From: Mobula hypostoma
Lineage: Eukaryota
NCBI RefSeq assembly: GCF_963921235.1
Contig: NC_086108.1
Location: forward strand, 60,142,001-60,206,000
DNA length: 64,000 bases
Direction: 5' to 3'
Both the position numbers and the translations under genes were made by a program. Within the stretch, counting starts at the first letter, position 1. Each line of letters begins with the position of its first letter. A model generated the notes under the pieces. That model saw nothing but the letters and a program-made list of their open reading frames with translations. It ran no database searches and was not told where the DNA came from. Positions 25,652 to 37,957 of this stretch are shown piece after piece.

Positions 25652-26794
25652 TAAATTACAGTAAGATGTATATATAAAATAAATTAAACAAGTAATAAAA
25701 ATAAAAAGAGAAGAAAAAAATTAAGATTAATGTTATTTCCTATACACAAATGTAAAGAAGAATGAAATAATTGTTATTCTAGATCAGATGCAGCACAAAA
25801 TAACACAGAAGACAAATAACACAATAATAATTAAAACACTATAAATGTAAATATAAAAGATAGTTTATATACATAGATTGGTTGTATGTAAATGAAGTAA
25901 TGCTGGGCTGTGCATAAGGTGAACGACAGGAAATAATAAAGTATTTGTGGGTGGAGCTGATAATGTGCTGGACAGTTTGACTACCTGTTGTAGAGCATTC
26001 CTGTCCCTGACAGTGCAGTTTTTGTACTAAGCAGTGATGCAGCTTGCCAGGATGCTCTCTACTGCACATCTGCAGAATGACCTGAGAATGGATGTGCAAA
26101 GTCCAGCTCTCTCCAGCCTCCTCAGAAATTAGATGCATTGGTGGGCTTTCTTGACTGCATAGTATGTGTTCTGGAACCATGAGCGGTTATGCAAGATGTG
26201 CACCCCCAGGATCTTGCAGTTTTGACTGCTTTGTCACTGATGTAAAGAGGGGTGTGGGTGGTCCTTCTGATTTCAATAACCATCTCTTTTGTCATGTTGA
26301 TATTGAAGAATAGGTTACTTGCCTGGCATAAGGGCCTTGAGCTCTTTCACCTCCTCTCTGTAGGATGCTTCATCATCATTAGTGATGACCCCTACCACTG
26401 TCGTGTCATCAGCGAGCTTGGTAGAATGATTACTTGAGTTAGTTATGTATGAGTAGAGTGTATAACAGTAGGTTCAGTACTTAGCCCTGGAGGGCACCCA
26501 TATTAAGGATGATGGAGAGGGATTAATGGTTATGCATCCTGACTATCTGAGGTCTGTTTGTTAGGAAGTCCAACACTCAGTTGCACAGTGGTGTATTTAG
26601 ACAGAGAAGTAGGAGTTTGTTCACAAGGTCTGGGGGACAATAGCGTTGAATGAAACAGTGTTCTGACATAAGTATCCTTGTTTTTAAGTACATCAGGGCC
26701 AGGTGCATGAGAGTTGCTTTGGCATCTGTTGCAGAGTAGTTCTGTCAGTAAGCATATTGCTGAGTGTCCAGTATGGTAGGAATGGTGCTTTGAT

Positions 26795-28567
26795 ATAGAA
26801 ACATAGAAACATAGAAAATAGGTGCAGGAGTAGGCCATTCGGCCCTTCGAGCCTGCACCGCCATTTATTATGATCATGGCTGATCATCCAACTCAGAACC
26901 CAGCCTTCCCTCCATACCCCCTGACCCCTGTAGCCACAAGGGCCATATCTAACTCCCTCTTAAACATAGCCAATGAACTGGCCTCAACAGTTTGCTGTGG
27001 CAGAGAATTCCACAGATTCACCACCCTCTGTGTGAAGAAGTTTTTCTTAATCTCGGTCCTAAAAGGCTTCCCCTCTATCCTCAAACTGTGACCCCTCGTT
27101 CTGGACCTCCCCAACATCGGGAACAATCTTCCCGCATCTAGCCTGTCCAATCCCTTTAGGATCTTATACGTTTCAATCAGATCCCCCCTCAATCTTCTAA
27201 ATTCCAACGAGTACAAGCCCAGTTCATCCAGTCTTTCTTCATATGAAAGACCTGCCATCCCAGGAATCAATCTGGTGAACCTTCTTTGTACTCCCTCTAT
27301 GGCAAAGATTTCTTTCCTCAGATTAGGGGACCAAAACTGCACACAATACTCCAGGTGTGGTCTCACCAAGGCCTTGTACAACTGCAGTAGTACCTCCCTG
27401 CTCCTGTACTCGAATCCTCTCGCTATAAATGCCAGCATACCGTTCGCCTTTTTCACCGCCTGCTGTACCTGCATGCCCACTTTCAATGACTGGTGTATAA
27501 TGACACCCAGGTCCCGTTGCACCTCCCCTTTTCCTAATCGGCCACCATTCAGATAATAATCTGTTTTCCTATTTTTGCCACCAAAGTGGATAACTTCACA
27601 TTTATCCACATTAAATTGCATCTGCCATGAGTTTGCCCACTCACCCAACCTATCCAAGTCACCCTGCATCCTCTTAGCATCCTCCTCACTGCTAACACTG
27701 CCACCCAGCTTCGTGTCATCCGCAAACTTGGAGATGCTGCATTTAATTCCCTCATCCAAGTCATTAATATATATTGTAAACAACTGGGGTCCCAGCACTG
27801 AGCCTTGCGGTACCCCACTAGTCACCGCCTGCCATTCTGAAAAGGTCCCGTTTATTCCCACTCTTTGCTTCCTGTCTGCTAACCAATTCTCCACCCACAC
27901 CAATACCTTACCCCCAATACCGTGTGCTTTAAGTTTGCACACTAATCTCCTGTGTGGGACCTTGTCAAAAGCCTTTTGAAAATCCAAATATACCACATCC
28001 ACTGGTTCTCCCCTATCCACTCTACTAGTTACATCCTCAAAAAATTCTATGAGATTCGTCAGACATGATTTTCCTTTCACAAATCCATGCTGACTTTGTC
28101 CGATCATTTCACCGCTTTCCAAATGTGCTGTTATCACATCCTTGATAACTGACTCCAGCAGTTTCCCCACCACCGACGTTAGGCTAACGGGCCTATAATT
28201 CCCCGGTTTCTCTCTCCCTCCTTTTTTAAAAAGTGGGGTTACATTAGCCACCCTCCAATCCTCAGGAACTAGTCCAGAATCTAACGAGTTTTGAAAAATT
28301 ATCACTAATGCATCCACTATTTCTTGGGCTACTTCCTTAAGCACTCTGGGATGCAGACCATCTGGCCCTGGGGATTTATCTGCCTTCAATCCCTTCAATT
28401 TACCTAACACCACTTCCCTACTAACATGTATTTCACTCAGTTCCTCCATCTCACTGGACCCTCTGTCCCTTACTATTTCTGGAAGATTATTTATGTCCTC
28501 CTTAGTGAAGACAGAACCAAAGTAATTATTCAATTGGTCTGCCATGTCCTTGCTCCCCATAATCAAT
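26795..28567 (-). mobile_element. Young 5'-truncated CR1 LINE
   Basis: (tttctatg)n tail at 26795-26820; 1773-bp alignment to 41411-43183 with only scattered substitutions. Confidence 0.97.
26893..28566 (-). CDS. CR1 ORF2 reverse transcriptase region (557 aa, open, 5'-truncated)
   Basis: '[13 protein letters not shown]', '[13 protein letters not shown]', '[11 protein letters not shown]', '[10 protein letters not shown]' with no internal stops; TE-derived, not a host gene. Confidence 0.92.
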   Translation of the reverse strand: MIMGSKDMADQLNNYFGSVFTKEDINNLPEIVRDRGSSEMEELSEIHVSREVVLGKLKGLKADKSPGPDGLHPRVLKEVAQEIVDALVIIFQNSLDSGLVPEDWRVANVTPLFKKGGREKPGNYRPVSLTSVVGKLLESVIKDVITAHLESGEMIGQSQHGFVKGKSCLTNLIEFFEDVTSRVDRGEPVDVVYLDFQKAFDKVPHRRLVCKLKAHGIGGKVLVWVENWLADRKQRVGINGTFSEWQAVTSGVPQGSVLGPQLFTIYINDLDEGIKCSISKFADDTKLGGSVSSEEDAKRMQGDLDRLGEWANSWQMQFNVDKCEVIHFGGKNRKTDYYLNGGRLGKGEVQRDLGVIIHQSLKVGMQVQQAVKKANGMLAFIARGFEYRSREVLLQLYKALVRPHLEYCVQFWSPNLRKEIFAIEGVQRRFTRLIPGMAGLSYEERLDELGLYSLEFRRLRGDLIETYKILKGLDRLDAGRLFPMLGRSRTRGHSLRIEGKPFRTEIKKNFFTQRVVNLWNSLPQQTVEASSLAMFKRELDMALVATGVRGYGGKAGF

Positions 28568-31120
28568 ATGTGCCATTATCAGTCGTTCAAAGCACTTCAT
28601 GATGACTGGCATCAGTGCCACTGGACTGTAGTCATTTAGTGCTGAAGATGTAGAGTTCTTTGGTACAGGAATGATGGTGGCTGATTTGAAGCATGTAGGT
28701 GGTGAGGTAGTGTACATGGGTTCAATGTCCATTCAGAAAGCTGATGGTGGAGGGGAAGAGGCCGTTCCTGAAAAGGAGACTGTGTGTCTTCTGGCTCCTC
28801 CTTGACGGTAGCAATGAGAAGAGGACTTATCCTGGGTGATGGAGATCCATAATGATGGATGCCATCTTTTTGAGGCATCGCCTTTTGAAGGTGTCTTTGA
28901 AGCTGTGGAGGCTGGTGCCCATCATGGAGGTGGCTGAGTTTACAAATATCTGTAGCTTTTTCTGATCCAGTGCAGTGGTCCCTCTATACTAGATGGTGAT
29001 GCAACCAGTTAGAATGCCCACCATGGTACATCGGTAGAAATCTTTGAGTGTCTTTGGTGACTTACCAATTGTCCTCAAACTCCTAATGAAATATAGCTGC
29101 TGTCATGCCTTCTTTGTAATTGCATCAATATGTTGAGCCAGGATAGATCTTCGAGATGTTAACACCCAGAAACTTGAAATTGCTCACCCTTTCCACTGCT
29201 GATCCTTTGGCAAGGACTGGTGTGTGTTCTCTCAACTTCTCCTTCAATTCCGTGATCTACTGATGTTGAGTGCATTGTTGTTGTTGCAACACCACTCAAC
29301 CAGATGATCCATCTCGCTTCTGTACACCACCTTTTCACCTGCCAACATGTCCTAAGTTCTACTAACAATAGTTGTATTATCAGAAAATTCATAGATAATG
29401 TTTGAGCTGTGCCTAGCCACACTGTTATGGGTGTAGAGAGAATAGAGTAGTGGGCTAAGCACGTATGTGTGAGGTGCACCAGTGTTGATTGTCTGCGAGG
29501 AGGAAGTTTTATTTCTGATCTGCACAGACTGTGATCTCCCAGTGAGGAAGTCAAGGATCCAATTGCAAGGGAGGTACAAAGGCCCCGGGGTTTGAAGCTT
29601 GTTGATTGGAACTGAGGGTATGATTGTGTTGAACGCTGAATTGTAATCAATAAACAGCAGCCTGATATTGGTATTACTATTGTCCAGGTGATCCAGGGAG
29701 GAATGAAAAGCTGGTATGGTAGCATTCTCTGGAGACAAATCGCAGTGGGTTCAGGCTCTTTCTTAGACTAGGGTGGATTCTAGCCATGATCAATATCTCA
29801 AAGTATCTATTCACAGTAGATGTGAGTGCCTAAGAGCAATTGTCATTGAGGCAGCTCACTCCGCTCCTTCTTAGACACTAATATAATTGTCATCCTTCTG
29901 AAGCAGGTGGGAATCTCCGTCTGCAGCAGTGAGAGATTGAAGATGTCCTTGAACGTTCCCGCCAGTTGGTTGAACGCTTCCCATCAGCTCAGCTAAGGCT
30001 CGTGAAGTAAACCCTCATTTCCATCCACCCACCACCTATTTTGCAAGTCTGCAACCCCACCCACCCACCCAATCCTAATGGTCAGTTAACAGGTTATAAT
30101 TCCAACAAAGATCCTGGTCTCAATATACATAGTACCCCTGATCTCCTCGCTTTCTCCCCAAGCCAGGCCTAGTATTGCACATTGCCAGCCGCACACTCAC
30201 ACAATATCCGCTGTATCACATGGGGACATTGGACTTCAGGTGCTATTAAATTATGTGACAGTAGGCCTGCAAATGGAATTGATGGCAGCAGCCTACCACA
30301 ATTTCTAGGACACTGCAGTTTTGGAGACACTACTCCAGAGAAACGTATTGTTACCTGCTAAAGGGTGATAAAACATAGGTTAAATATTCATTGAACAAGA
30401 AACTAAACTTCTTAGGAGCATTCCCTTAGGTGGGAGGAAATTCCATATTTGTTGCTCCACCTTCATATTTTGCTAAGCTGACCAAAACAACACCCAGGTA
30501 AGAATTTTTATATTTCTTCTTTCAGTCTACACCATTTCCTTTAAGCCACAGATTATCTTAGTTATGATGAATGCAGCAGGCTTGATTCAAGGCAATTTCC
30601 AATTCAATTACAGGCCTTGGTAGGTGGCAAACACCTAGTGTTGAATGTGTGTCCACACCACCCACCACAGTGAACAATAGTTAATGTTTAGATGACACCA
30701 ATCAAAGAGATTTTAGAATCTGCCATCTCTACCTGTGAACAGAGTACTGAGAAGCTATTTATTTTTACCTTTTTCAAAATGTGCATGTTATAAGAAAATA
30801 TTTCTGAACTTCATATATTTTTTCTGAGAATGCAAACATAAATCAGCAAATACATAATCCAGTATTCTGTTTTATCTTTTTTTTCTGGTCTTTCCTTTTT
30901 CCACACATAGAACAAGCATACTGTTTCTTTTGTTGGTTTAAAATGTAGTATTAAGTCTCAAATAGGGTCTTAAAATGTGTTCTCTGTGCTGTCTACAAAT
31001 AATTCTTGATAAAAGAAACAGTGCATTCTAAACAGACCCATTCCAGTAATACAGCTGACTGAACAGTATTCTCCGGCACAAATTTACAAAGGACATCTGC
31101 ACCTTCCAAATTTTTTTTTT

Positions 31121-31788
31121 AGATTATGAGGACTCAGTCCTCATTTATTCTCATTTAGAAATGCATGCATTAAAAAATGATACAATGTTCCTCCAGAAAG
31201 ATATCACAGAAACACACGACAAACCAAAACTAAAACTGACAAAACCACATAATTATAACATATAGTTACAACAGTGCAAAGCAATACCGCAATTTGATAA
31301 AGAGCAGACCATGGGCACAGTAAAAAAAAGTCTCAAGTCCCGATAGTCCCATTATCTCACGCAGATGGTAGAAGGGAGAAACTCTCCCTGTTGTAAACCT
31401 CCAAGCGTCGCAAACTTGCCGATGCAGCACCATTGGAAGCACCCGACCACAGCAGAATCTGAGTCCATCCGAAAACTTCGAGCCTCCGATAAGCCCTCCG
31501 ACACCGAGCACCGAGCACCATCCTCTGCTGAGTGCTTCGACCCCGTCCCGGCCACCGAGCAACAAGCAAAGCCGAGGACTCGGGGCCTTCCCCTCTGGAG
31601 ATTCTGGATCACAGAGTAGCAGAGTCAGTGAAGCAGGCATTTCAGAAGTTTCACCAGATGTTCCTCCGTGCTTTCACATCTGTCTCCATCAAATCAGGAT
31701 TGTGTACGGCACCCTACTTGACAAATAACAGATATCAATCACTGAAGTGGCCGCTGCGAGCTGCGTCACGCCACCATCTTCTCCTCCC
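31121..31788 (-). mobile_element. Non-autonomous LINE-derived element (Rex1-type tail), copy 1
   Basis: Minus strand starts gggaggagaagatgg and ends 'aataaatgaggactgagtcctcataatct'; colinear with 46229-46911 and 53601-54190. Confidence 0.85.
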
Positions 31789-32261
31789 ACCTTTGTGCAG
31801 ATTAAGCCTCTGTGTACTCCTTGGATGTGAAACAACTTTTGGCAGGGGAGGAAACATTTTAAGTGAAATGTAACAAAAATCTGTGATTATTTAAAATTTC
31901 GTACATGTCCACAGGTAATTCCAAAGTGCTTTACACCAAATTAGTGCCTTGTGTTTTCACCCATAACACTAATCTGGCACAGCGGAAGTGTAAGTGTCCA
32001 TTTGTTTTGTCAGTTAAAAGATCTTGAAATTAGGCAAAAAGACATTTAAACCTGAATAAAATAAAAATGGGATTAACTGTTTACTCATCAGATCAGACAG
32101 TATTACAAAGAGAGAAACATGGAGTTAATGTTTAAGGATGACATTCCTTCATTAGAATTCACATCAGATGGTTTATACCAAAAATCATGCACTAAAATAT
32201 GTGTGTGTCAAGGTCGAGGATGATGGTCTTCATTCTGAAGAAGTGATGCACAGAGTGAACA

Positions 32262-32368
32262 CTCTTCCTTCAGTTAGTCCTGACGAAGGGTCTCGGCCTG
32301 AAACGTCGACTGCGCCTCTTCCTATAGATGCTGCCTGGCCTGCTGCGTTCACCAGCAACTTTGATGTA
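32262..32368 (+). mobile_element. Penelope-derived short insertion nested in the RTE-derived element
   Basis: Nearly identical to 25556-25651 and 50415-50525. Confidence 0.85.
32276..32311 (+). ncRNA. Minimal type-I hammerhead ribozyme motif, intact core
   Basis: agtc CTGACGA a gggtc tc ggcct GAAAC GTC gact; predicted cleavage 3' of C32307. Confidence 0.8.
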
Positions 32369-35141
32369 TGACGCCTGTGCGTGTATTTGTTTAACGTGTA
32401 CTCGATGTTGCACTCCATGAAGCACACGATACTTCACAAATCAACCGACTGATTCCAGTGGCATCTAAACCACGACGATTGGAGCTGATGGATTTGTTGC
32501 AGCCTTCATCCGCCTTCACAGCCGCTGAGTTCAAAATAACTTCGTCCGTCTGTTCTACCATTGAGGTCTTGGTTGGATTGTTCTTTGTCAGGGACCTCAC
32601 CCTCGACCTTACCGCCATGGGTGAGCCTACCAGGAGCATAGCTCCAGACGGCATCGCTCTCGGGATCACAGGACCACACAAGCTGCTCCACCACAACAAG
32701 GTGACAATCCACTGAGAAGGCACTAAAACAGGACCACACCAAACTGACTGTGGCTGAGGAAACAATGTTGCCCTGGTAACCAGACTGCATCAAATGTGAT
32801 TGCCATGAGGAGATACAGCAGGGGTAGGTGAAGAGGATATATTGTACATTATTGCTATTGCACACACTCTCACACACACAAATTGCACAAACTAATCCAT
32901 CCACACCCTCCGTGTACTGTATCTTATCCCATCGTAATCACTGCCTTTATTCCGCATGTGGCATTTTATCCTCTTCCTCATCCACATCAACGTCATCCCT
33001 CCAAAAGGTGATAATGAAAAGCTTACTCAGTGTTCTTCATTTCCTCCACTTAGGCTAAAAGAACAAGGAATAGCTGTGAGGCAATCCACACAGGAGCTGG
33101 TAGTTGGACAAAGCAATACAGATAGAATTTAATCATAAAAATGTAATATGATACATATTAAGAGGACTAGTAAGAGTAGGACATACACCATGTGGTAGAA
33201 CTTTGGGAAGGACTAAGGAACAGAGGGTCCCTAGTGTACCTGTTAGAGAAATGCTGGAGAATAGAATTAGTAGAGATACAGTAGGTGCTTAATGACCAGC
33301 ATGGGAGGAAGATCCTGCTTCCATGTTATATAACTCCATAACTTCTGACTTCACTCAGGAGATCTGAACTCTTGTCCTGTTGAAATATCCAGGCAGTATT
33401 TCCACCCATCCTTCTGTCAAACTCTACCTCTGCTCCTGCACCTAATGTATTCATCCCATATCCTCCTCTCTCTGGTGCTCCCCCTTACTCCCACTTTTAT
33501 TTCAAGGGATCAGTGCCCTCCAATTATTAATCTACTGTCCTTCCTTCGCTTATCTTCCAAATTGTTTCTGTCAGTCATCAGTTTTAAAAACAGAATAAGG
33601 GAAGATATTGGGTATATATTTATGGTTTTCACTATCTCTAAGGTTTTAGAAATTACATTATTTTTGTCACAGCTGTAACAATTGCATCTCTCAGCTGTTT
33701 GTTAAACACAGATGCTACAATTGGTTTTAAAATCCAAGTTTCTTTGAAAAATGACTGAGATATGTTAAGTCTTCGAGGATGATTTTTCATTTAGTTGAGC
33801 ACCCTTTGTGATGTCCAGCTGTTGGAAGCAAGAATGAAGCATTTTAACCAGCCCCGATATATACTGTAGATCCACTCTCAAAAGAATATAGGTAACTAGT
33901 TCAGAATGTTATGCAAATCATAATTGTAGATACTCAAGGCACCATGATGTGTTATATTTATACGCTGTATGCCATGTTCTTTTGGTTGACTCTGAATAGC
34001 CAGCCTTACTTTCATACTCAACCATCTAAGCTCCAGACCAGAATATGTTTTCTCTCTTTCTTCATGTTGTACACACTGAGACACCTGATCAGCAGCTCCT
34101 TTTCACATTCTTTCTTTTTTCACTCAACTACCTGCTCAACTAGCTCACAATGTTATCTTTCCTTCCACTTCTATTATCCCAAAACACTCCCTCCCACCTG
34201 CTTGTCTGCTCATTGCAAAACATAGTCAAATTAATGCATTCCTCTCCAAATAATGGTCTCTTCTCCAAAGAATATGTGGAACTCCCAAAAATGATCCCTA
34301 TTCCAACTTTCCTCTCTCTATCCCCACCAATTTTTATACTCCCTTCTACTTCACCCATCATTAATTAGTGCCATTAACCTGTCGAATGAATCAAAGTATG
34401 TCTGCAAGTTTGGATATTATTAGGCCCGAGTTTTATATTCTGAATTATAATCAGCAAAGAGAAGCAGGTTACAATAGGTTTATGAAATATTTGAAAATGT
34501 AAGTAGAGCTCTTTATATATTTAGATGGTCATTTTTGGTAACATTCCAATATGTAAAGGATATACCCTTGGACGTCAAGCTGATTTGTGTTATTATTGAT
34601 TAAAAAATAACTAAATTGGAATATAATTATTACCATTTTCATGGACAAATCATAAGCAAAATATGTTACATACCTTCGGAAGATATTTATGCTAATTCAA
34701 TATATTTCATAATCTTCTTTAGCCAAATCCTAACATACCAAGCAATTAGGAAATAAAGAGCTGCATTCTGGATTTCTCAGTTCCCAATTAACTTTAATCT
34801 TTCACATCGACATCTACTTCAAAGTCAAAGATTAGGTTAACCATAATACAACACATCAACTAAAATTTATATACAGAAAAATAATTTTTCAGCTTAAATA
34901 AATGCTAGAACTATAATAAGTTAATAGGAATGTAGGAGTCTATAAAGTATAAATGTAGCTAGAAGCAAGAGATAATTACAATTGAGGTTATTGTCTCGAT
35001 GTATTGCATTTGACAAAACATATTCATTTAATACTGCTTAAAATTAAACATACTTGAGCCACTCAAAAGAATATTGACCAAGTACTGCTGTAATTGCCAT
35101 TGCCAGTTACCCAATTACTAGATCCACTCTAGTATCTCGAC

Positions 35142-37957
35142 CAGCCGTTCTCAACCCTTTTGCCCTGGAGGAACCCTAAAAATAATTTTCAGGTCTCGGG
35201 GAACCTCTGCATAAAAATTATTATATCTACAGCTCACGGTACATTAGCGTGATCAGCAAGTTGTAGATATAATAATCCAAAAAAAATTGTTCATTTTTTT
35301 TTGAGTAGGGAATGAATTTTTAGCCAATCTTTCTGAAAAAAAAACAGGTAGTTAAGTTTGCCTTACCTTTTTTGGAATTAACCTCTTTCTTTCCCTTTCA
35401 TAAATTTTAAAAACTCCTAAGGCAAACATAATTTGTCAATTCTGAGTTGAACTTGAGATCAGCACACATAGATTACACCTTCAACTGAAATGAGACAATT
35501 TCTATCCTTACTCTTGATGCTTGTTAAACAAGAAAAAGCTTGCTCACACATGTAAGAAGTTGAAAGCAACAGTATGTTCATTTCATTCCTATGAATGGCA
35601 AGATACTTTTCTTTCACAGAAATCTAGAAGTTGCCCAGGGACAGGTCAGTAAATCTCATCGTGAGTGCATGCTCAGAGTGCAGCTCACAAAGTTCTTCCT
35701 CTTCTCTCAAAGTGAAGTTCTCAGGCTGAGCAGAAGATTCAAAGAAAGGGTCCCTCACCCAGTCATACACTTGCGTTGAATGGGAGGAAAAATGCTGTTC
35801 AATTTTGTTCTGCAGTTCTTCTACGTAGTTTTCAATAACTCAAGACTTTCTGATATCCTGTTACATATCCCGTGAGCATGATGTAATTATCTTGTGAGCA
35901 TTATGTCATTATCTAGTGATGGGCATGATGTAATTGTCTCATGACTGTGGGGTGATGTTATGTTATGCGATGGCATGTTCCAAAAAGTATTTAAACAAAG
36001 CCCGCCAATGTGATGCAGTTCTCATTTTTATTTGTAGTGCAAAGTTGTCATTGCCGGTCGGATGTTTGGAGACACCACTGGTTTTGTTTGTTGCGCATTT
36101 ATTTTTCCCTTACAGTCCAATATCGGAGAGTGAAGACTTTACCAGAGTTATCCAAGCAAAGGATTGGGTAAAGTTAATGTCGTTCAGTGTCTTGGGAATG
36201 ACTGACCTTTTTGAATTCGTTCGGGAATTGTGGCTTGCACATTTGAGTTAAACCCCTGCAAGGTCGGGAAGATTTGTGCAGTGACCACCCTCCAGCCAAA
36301 AGGTCAGTTCCTTTATTTCTTCATGATTCCTTCAGACAAGGCATCTCTCAGCTGTGATCAGCAGATTCGTCATTACTTCGAAGGAATCGTTGTTTCGGGG
36401 AAGTCCCTCCTTAATGACTGTATAAATTACATGGACTTTTGAATTTACCATTTTATGTCTGTGCTTGGATGAGAACTCATTAAGAACAGTTTATAAGTTT
36501 GACTGTTTGTTCGATATAGTCGCCTGTTAACTTCCAGTTAAGTTAGTCGTTCGTTTACTTTTCGATGTTTTGAGCAGAGGTTAATAAATGTCATTGTTTA
36601 TTTTATGAAAACTCAACTCAAATTCATCTCTGTTGCTGTTGATTTATAACAATCCTTCCTCACTCTCAAGACCAAGCAGCAGTGGAAACGTTTCAAGATT
36701 TCCTATTGCAACATGATTTTTCCAAAGATTCAGTTTCCTTTTAAATCCAAGAATCTTGTCACTTGCAGTCAATGCATTTTCTCCAGGGCTTTGCAGAGTC
36801 TTGTTCAACTGGTTCATATAATGAAAAATATCTGTTCAATAGACTATCTTCTGCAGCCATTCTTCATCTTCAAAGTGCTTAGCAAAATCTGGCCTACTAT
36901 TTTCTTGAAAGTACTCCTGTAATTCACCTTTTAGCTCAAACACCCTGTTGAGGACTCTTCCTCTGCTTAGCCGTCAGATTACTTTCTGAAGCAGGGGACT
37001 GGTATGCTCTTTGTCCAGGTTTTCACACATTCTCAACTGAAATGGACTTAAAGTTACTAAATAACTTGCTTCCTGATCTTCCTGACTGCGACTTTACTTT
37101 CAAAAGCTTTAACCTGTTTTGAGATTCCAATAGTCATTTAAAATAATCCACACTTTCGTGTGTCACATGGCTGTGATTTGTAGTTAAGATTCTTGTCTTT
37201 TCAATTTTGCTGGAGCCATTGCTGTATTTGTAGGTTGTTTGCCACTAGGACAACTTGAATCACCAGTCCATGTAAAACCCATTGATAAATAGCTTTCATT
37301 GTAAAGACAGACTTTTTTGTTTCCGTTGTTACACTAGTGCAGTGAAGTGATTCAGAACGCTATAATTCTTCTGCATTAACCTTACCAGAAATGTCTGTAG
37401 GCCTAGGCCTAGAAGCGTCCTCTTCCATCTCACACTTCCTTTTCAAAAACTGCCACACTGGGCTGTCTTTAGAATGGAAATTTCCCTCCAAGTTTCTACT
37501 ATGCTGGCAGTTTGTTCACTCCCATAAGTGAGTCAGCGGCGTGTAAGGGGAAGGTGGGGGAGGTCATTCAGGAGGAAGAGGCTGACATCATAGCCCAAGT
37601 TGAGCAATTCCATTCAATGCTCAGAAAACGCACTTCATTCTCCTCAACAGCCTACTGTCCTCCCCTCCGGGCAATACAGTGTTCATCAATTATCAACTGC
37701 CTCCCCTATTTTCCATCAAAAACTGAGAATGAACTCAACCAACTAAACAAGGTCCGACTGCACACTGCCATACAGCGCTGAAGAGCCCTCTGATGGGACT
37801 ACTCATTCACCGCCCACCACTGGAAGCTAGCATCACGCTTTGCATGAAGTTAAAAAAAATGATATTTATTTATTTATTAATCACAATCTCTCACGGAATC
37901 CCTCATGACTTCTCACAGAACCCAAGGGTTCTACTGAACACCAGTTGAGAAACCCTG
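35142..37957 (-). mobile_element. Decayed, internally deleted hAT (Charlie-type) transposon
   Basis: TIRs cagccgttctcaac...gttgagaaaccctg; degenerate 8-bp TSD atctcgac (35134-35141)/atatagac (37958-37965); antisense C-terminus 'LSTSYMCEQAFSCLTSIKSKDRN' near 35500-35570. Confidence 0.85.
35859..36651 (+). mobile_element. Solo LTR (793 bp) inserted in the hAT element
   Basis: tgttaca...tataaca termini; perfect 4-bp TSD atcc (35855-35858, 36652-36655); AATAAA near 36583; related to 3588-4403. Confidence 0.9.

Larger units (their letters stand above)
25721..28700 (-). mobile_element. Rex1/Babar LINE 'A', nested in Rex1 B and itself interrupted by CR1
   Basis: '[34 protein letters not shown]' (28568-28700) continues past the CR1 into 'KNKDTYVRTLF' and on to a 3' tail at 25721. 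Confidence 0.82.
25455..29970 (-). mobile_element. Rex1/Babar LINE 'B' (3' tail 25455-25720, body 28701-29970), split by nested insertions
   Basis: Tail 'tcagaatcggaatcaactttaacatcac'; body 'HLDNSNTNIRLLFIDYNSAFNTIIP', 'LSPLLYSLYTH'; the two halves join as in the Rex1 3' end at 17880-17950. Confidence 0.82.
32200..32712 (-). mobile_element. Non-autonomous RTE (Rex3/Expander-like 5' UTR) element
   Basis: Minus start 'gtggattgtcaccttgttgtggtggagcagcttgtgtggtcctgtgatcccgagagcgatgccgtctggagctatgctcctggtagg..cccatggcggtaaggtc' resembles the recalled RTE 5' module; no ORF. Confidence 0.7.

Noticed and set aside
30430..30497. Plus-strand AG...CAG|GTAAG 68-bp pseudo-exon (VGGNSIFVAPPSYFAKLTKTTP)
   Set aside because: Short, no recognisable homology, no partner exons.
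31128..31143. 'gaggactcagtcctc' hairpin as a possible ribozyme
   Set aside because: No CUGANGA plus GAAA core; better explained as a LINE-type 3' stem-loop.
34673..34860. Minus-strand exon-like segment with a GTATGT donor
   Set aside because: Stops in all three frames; at best non-coding.
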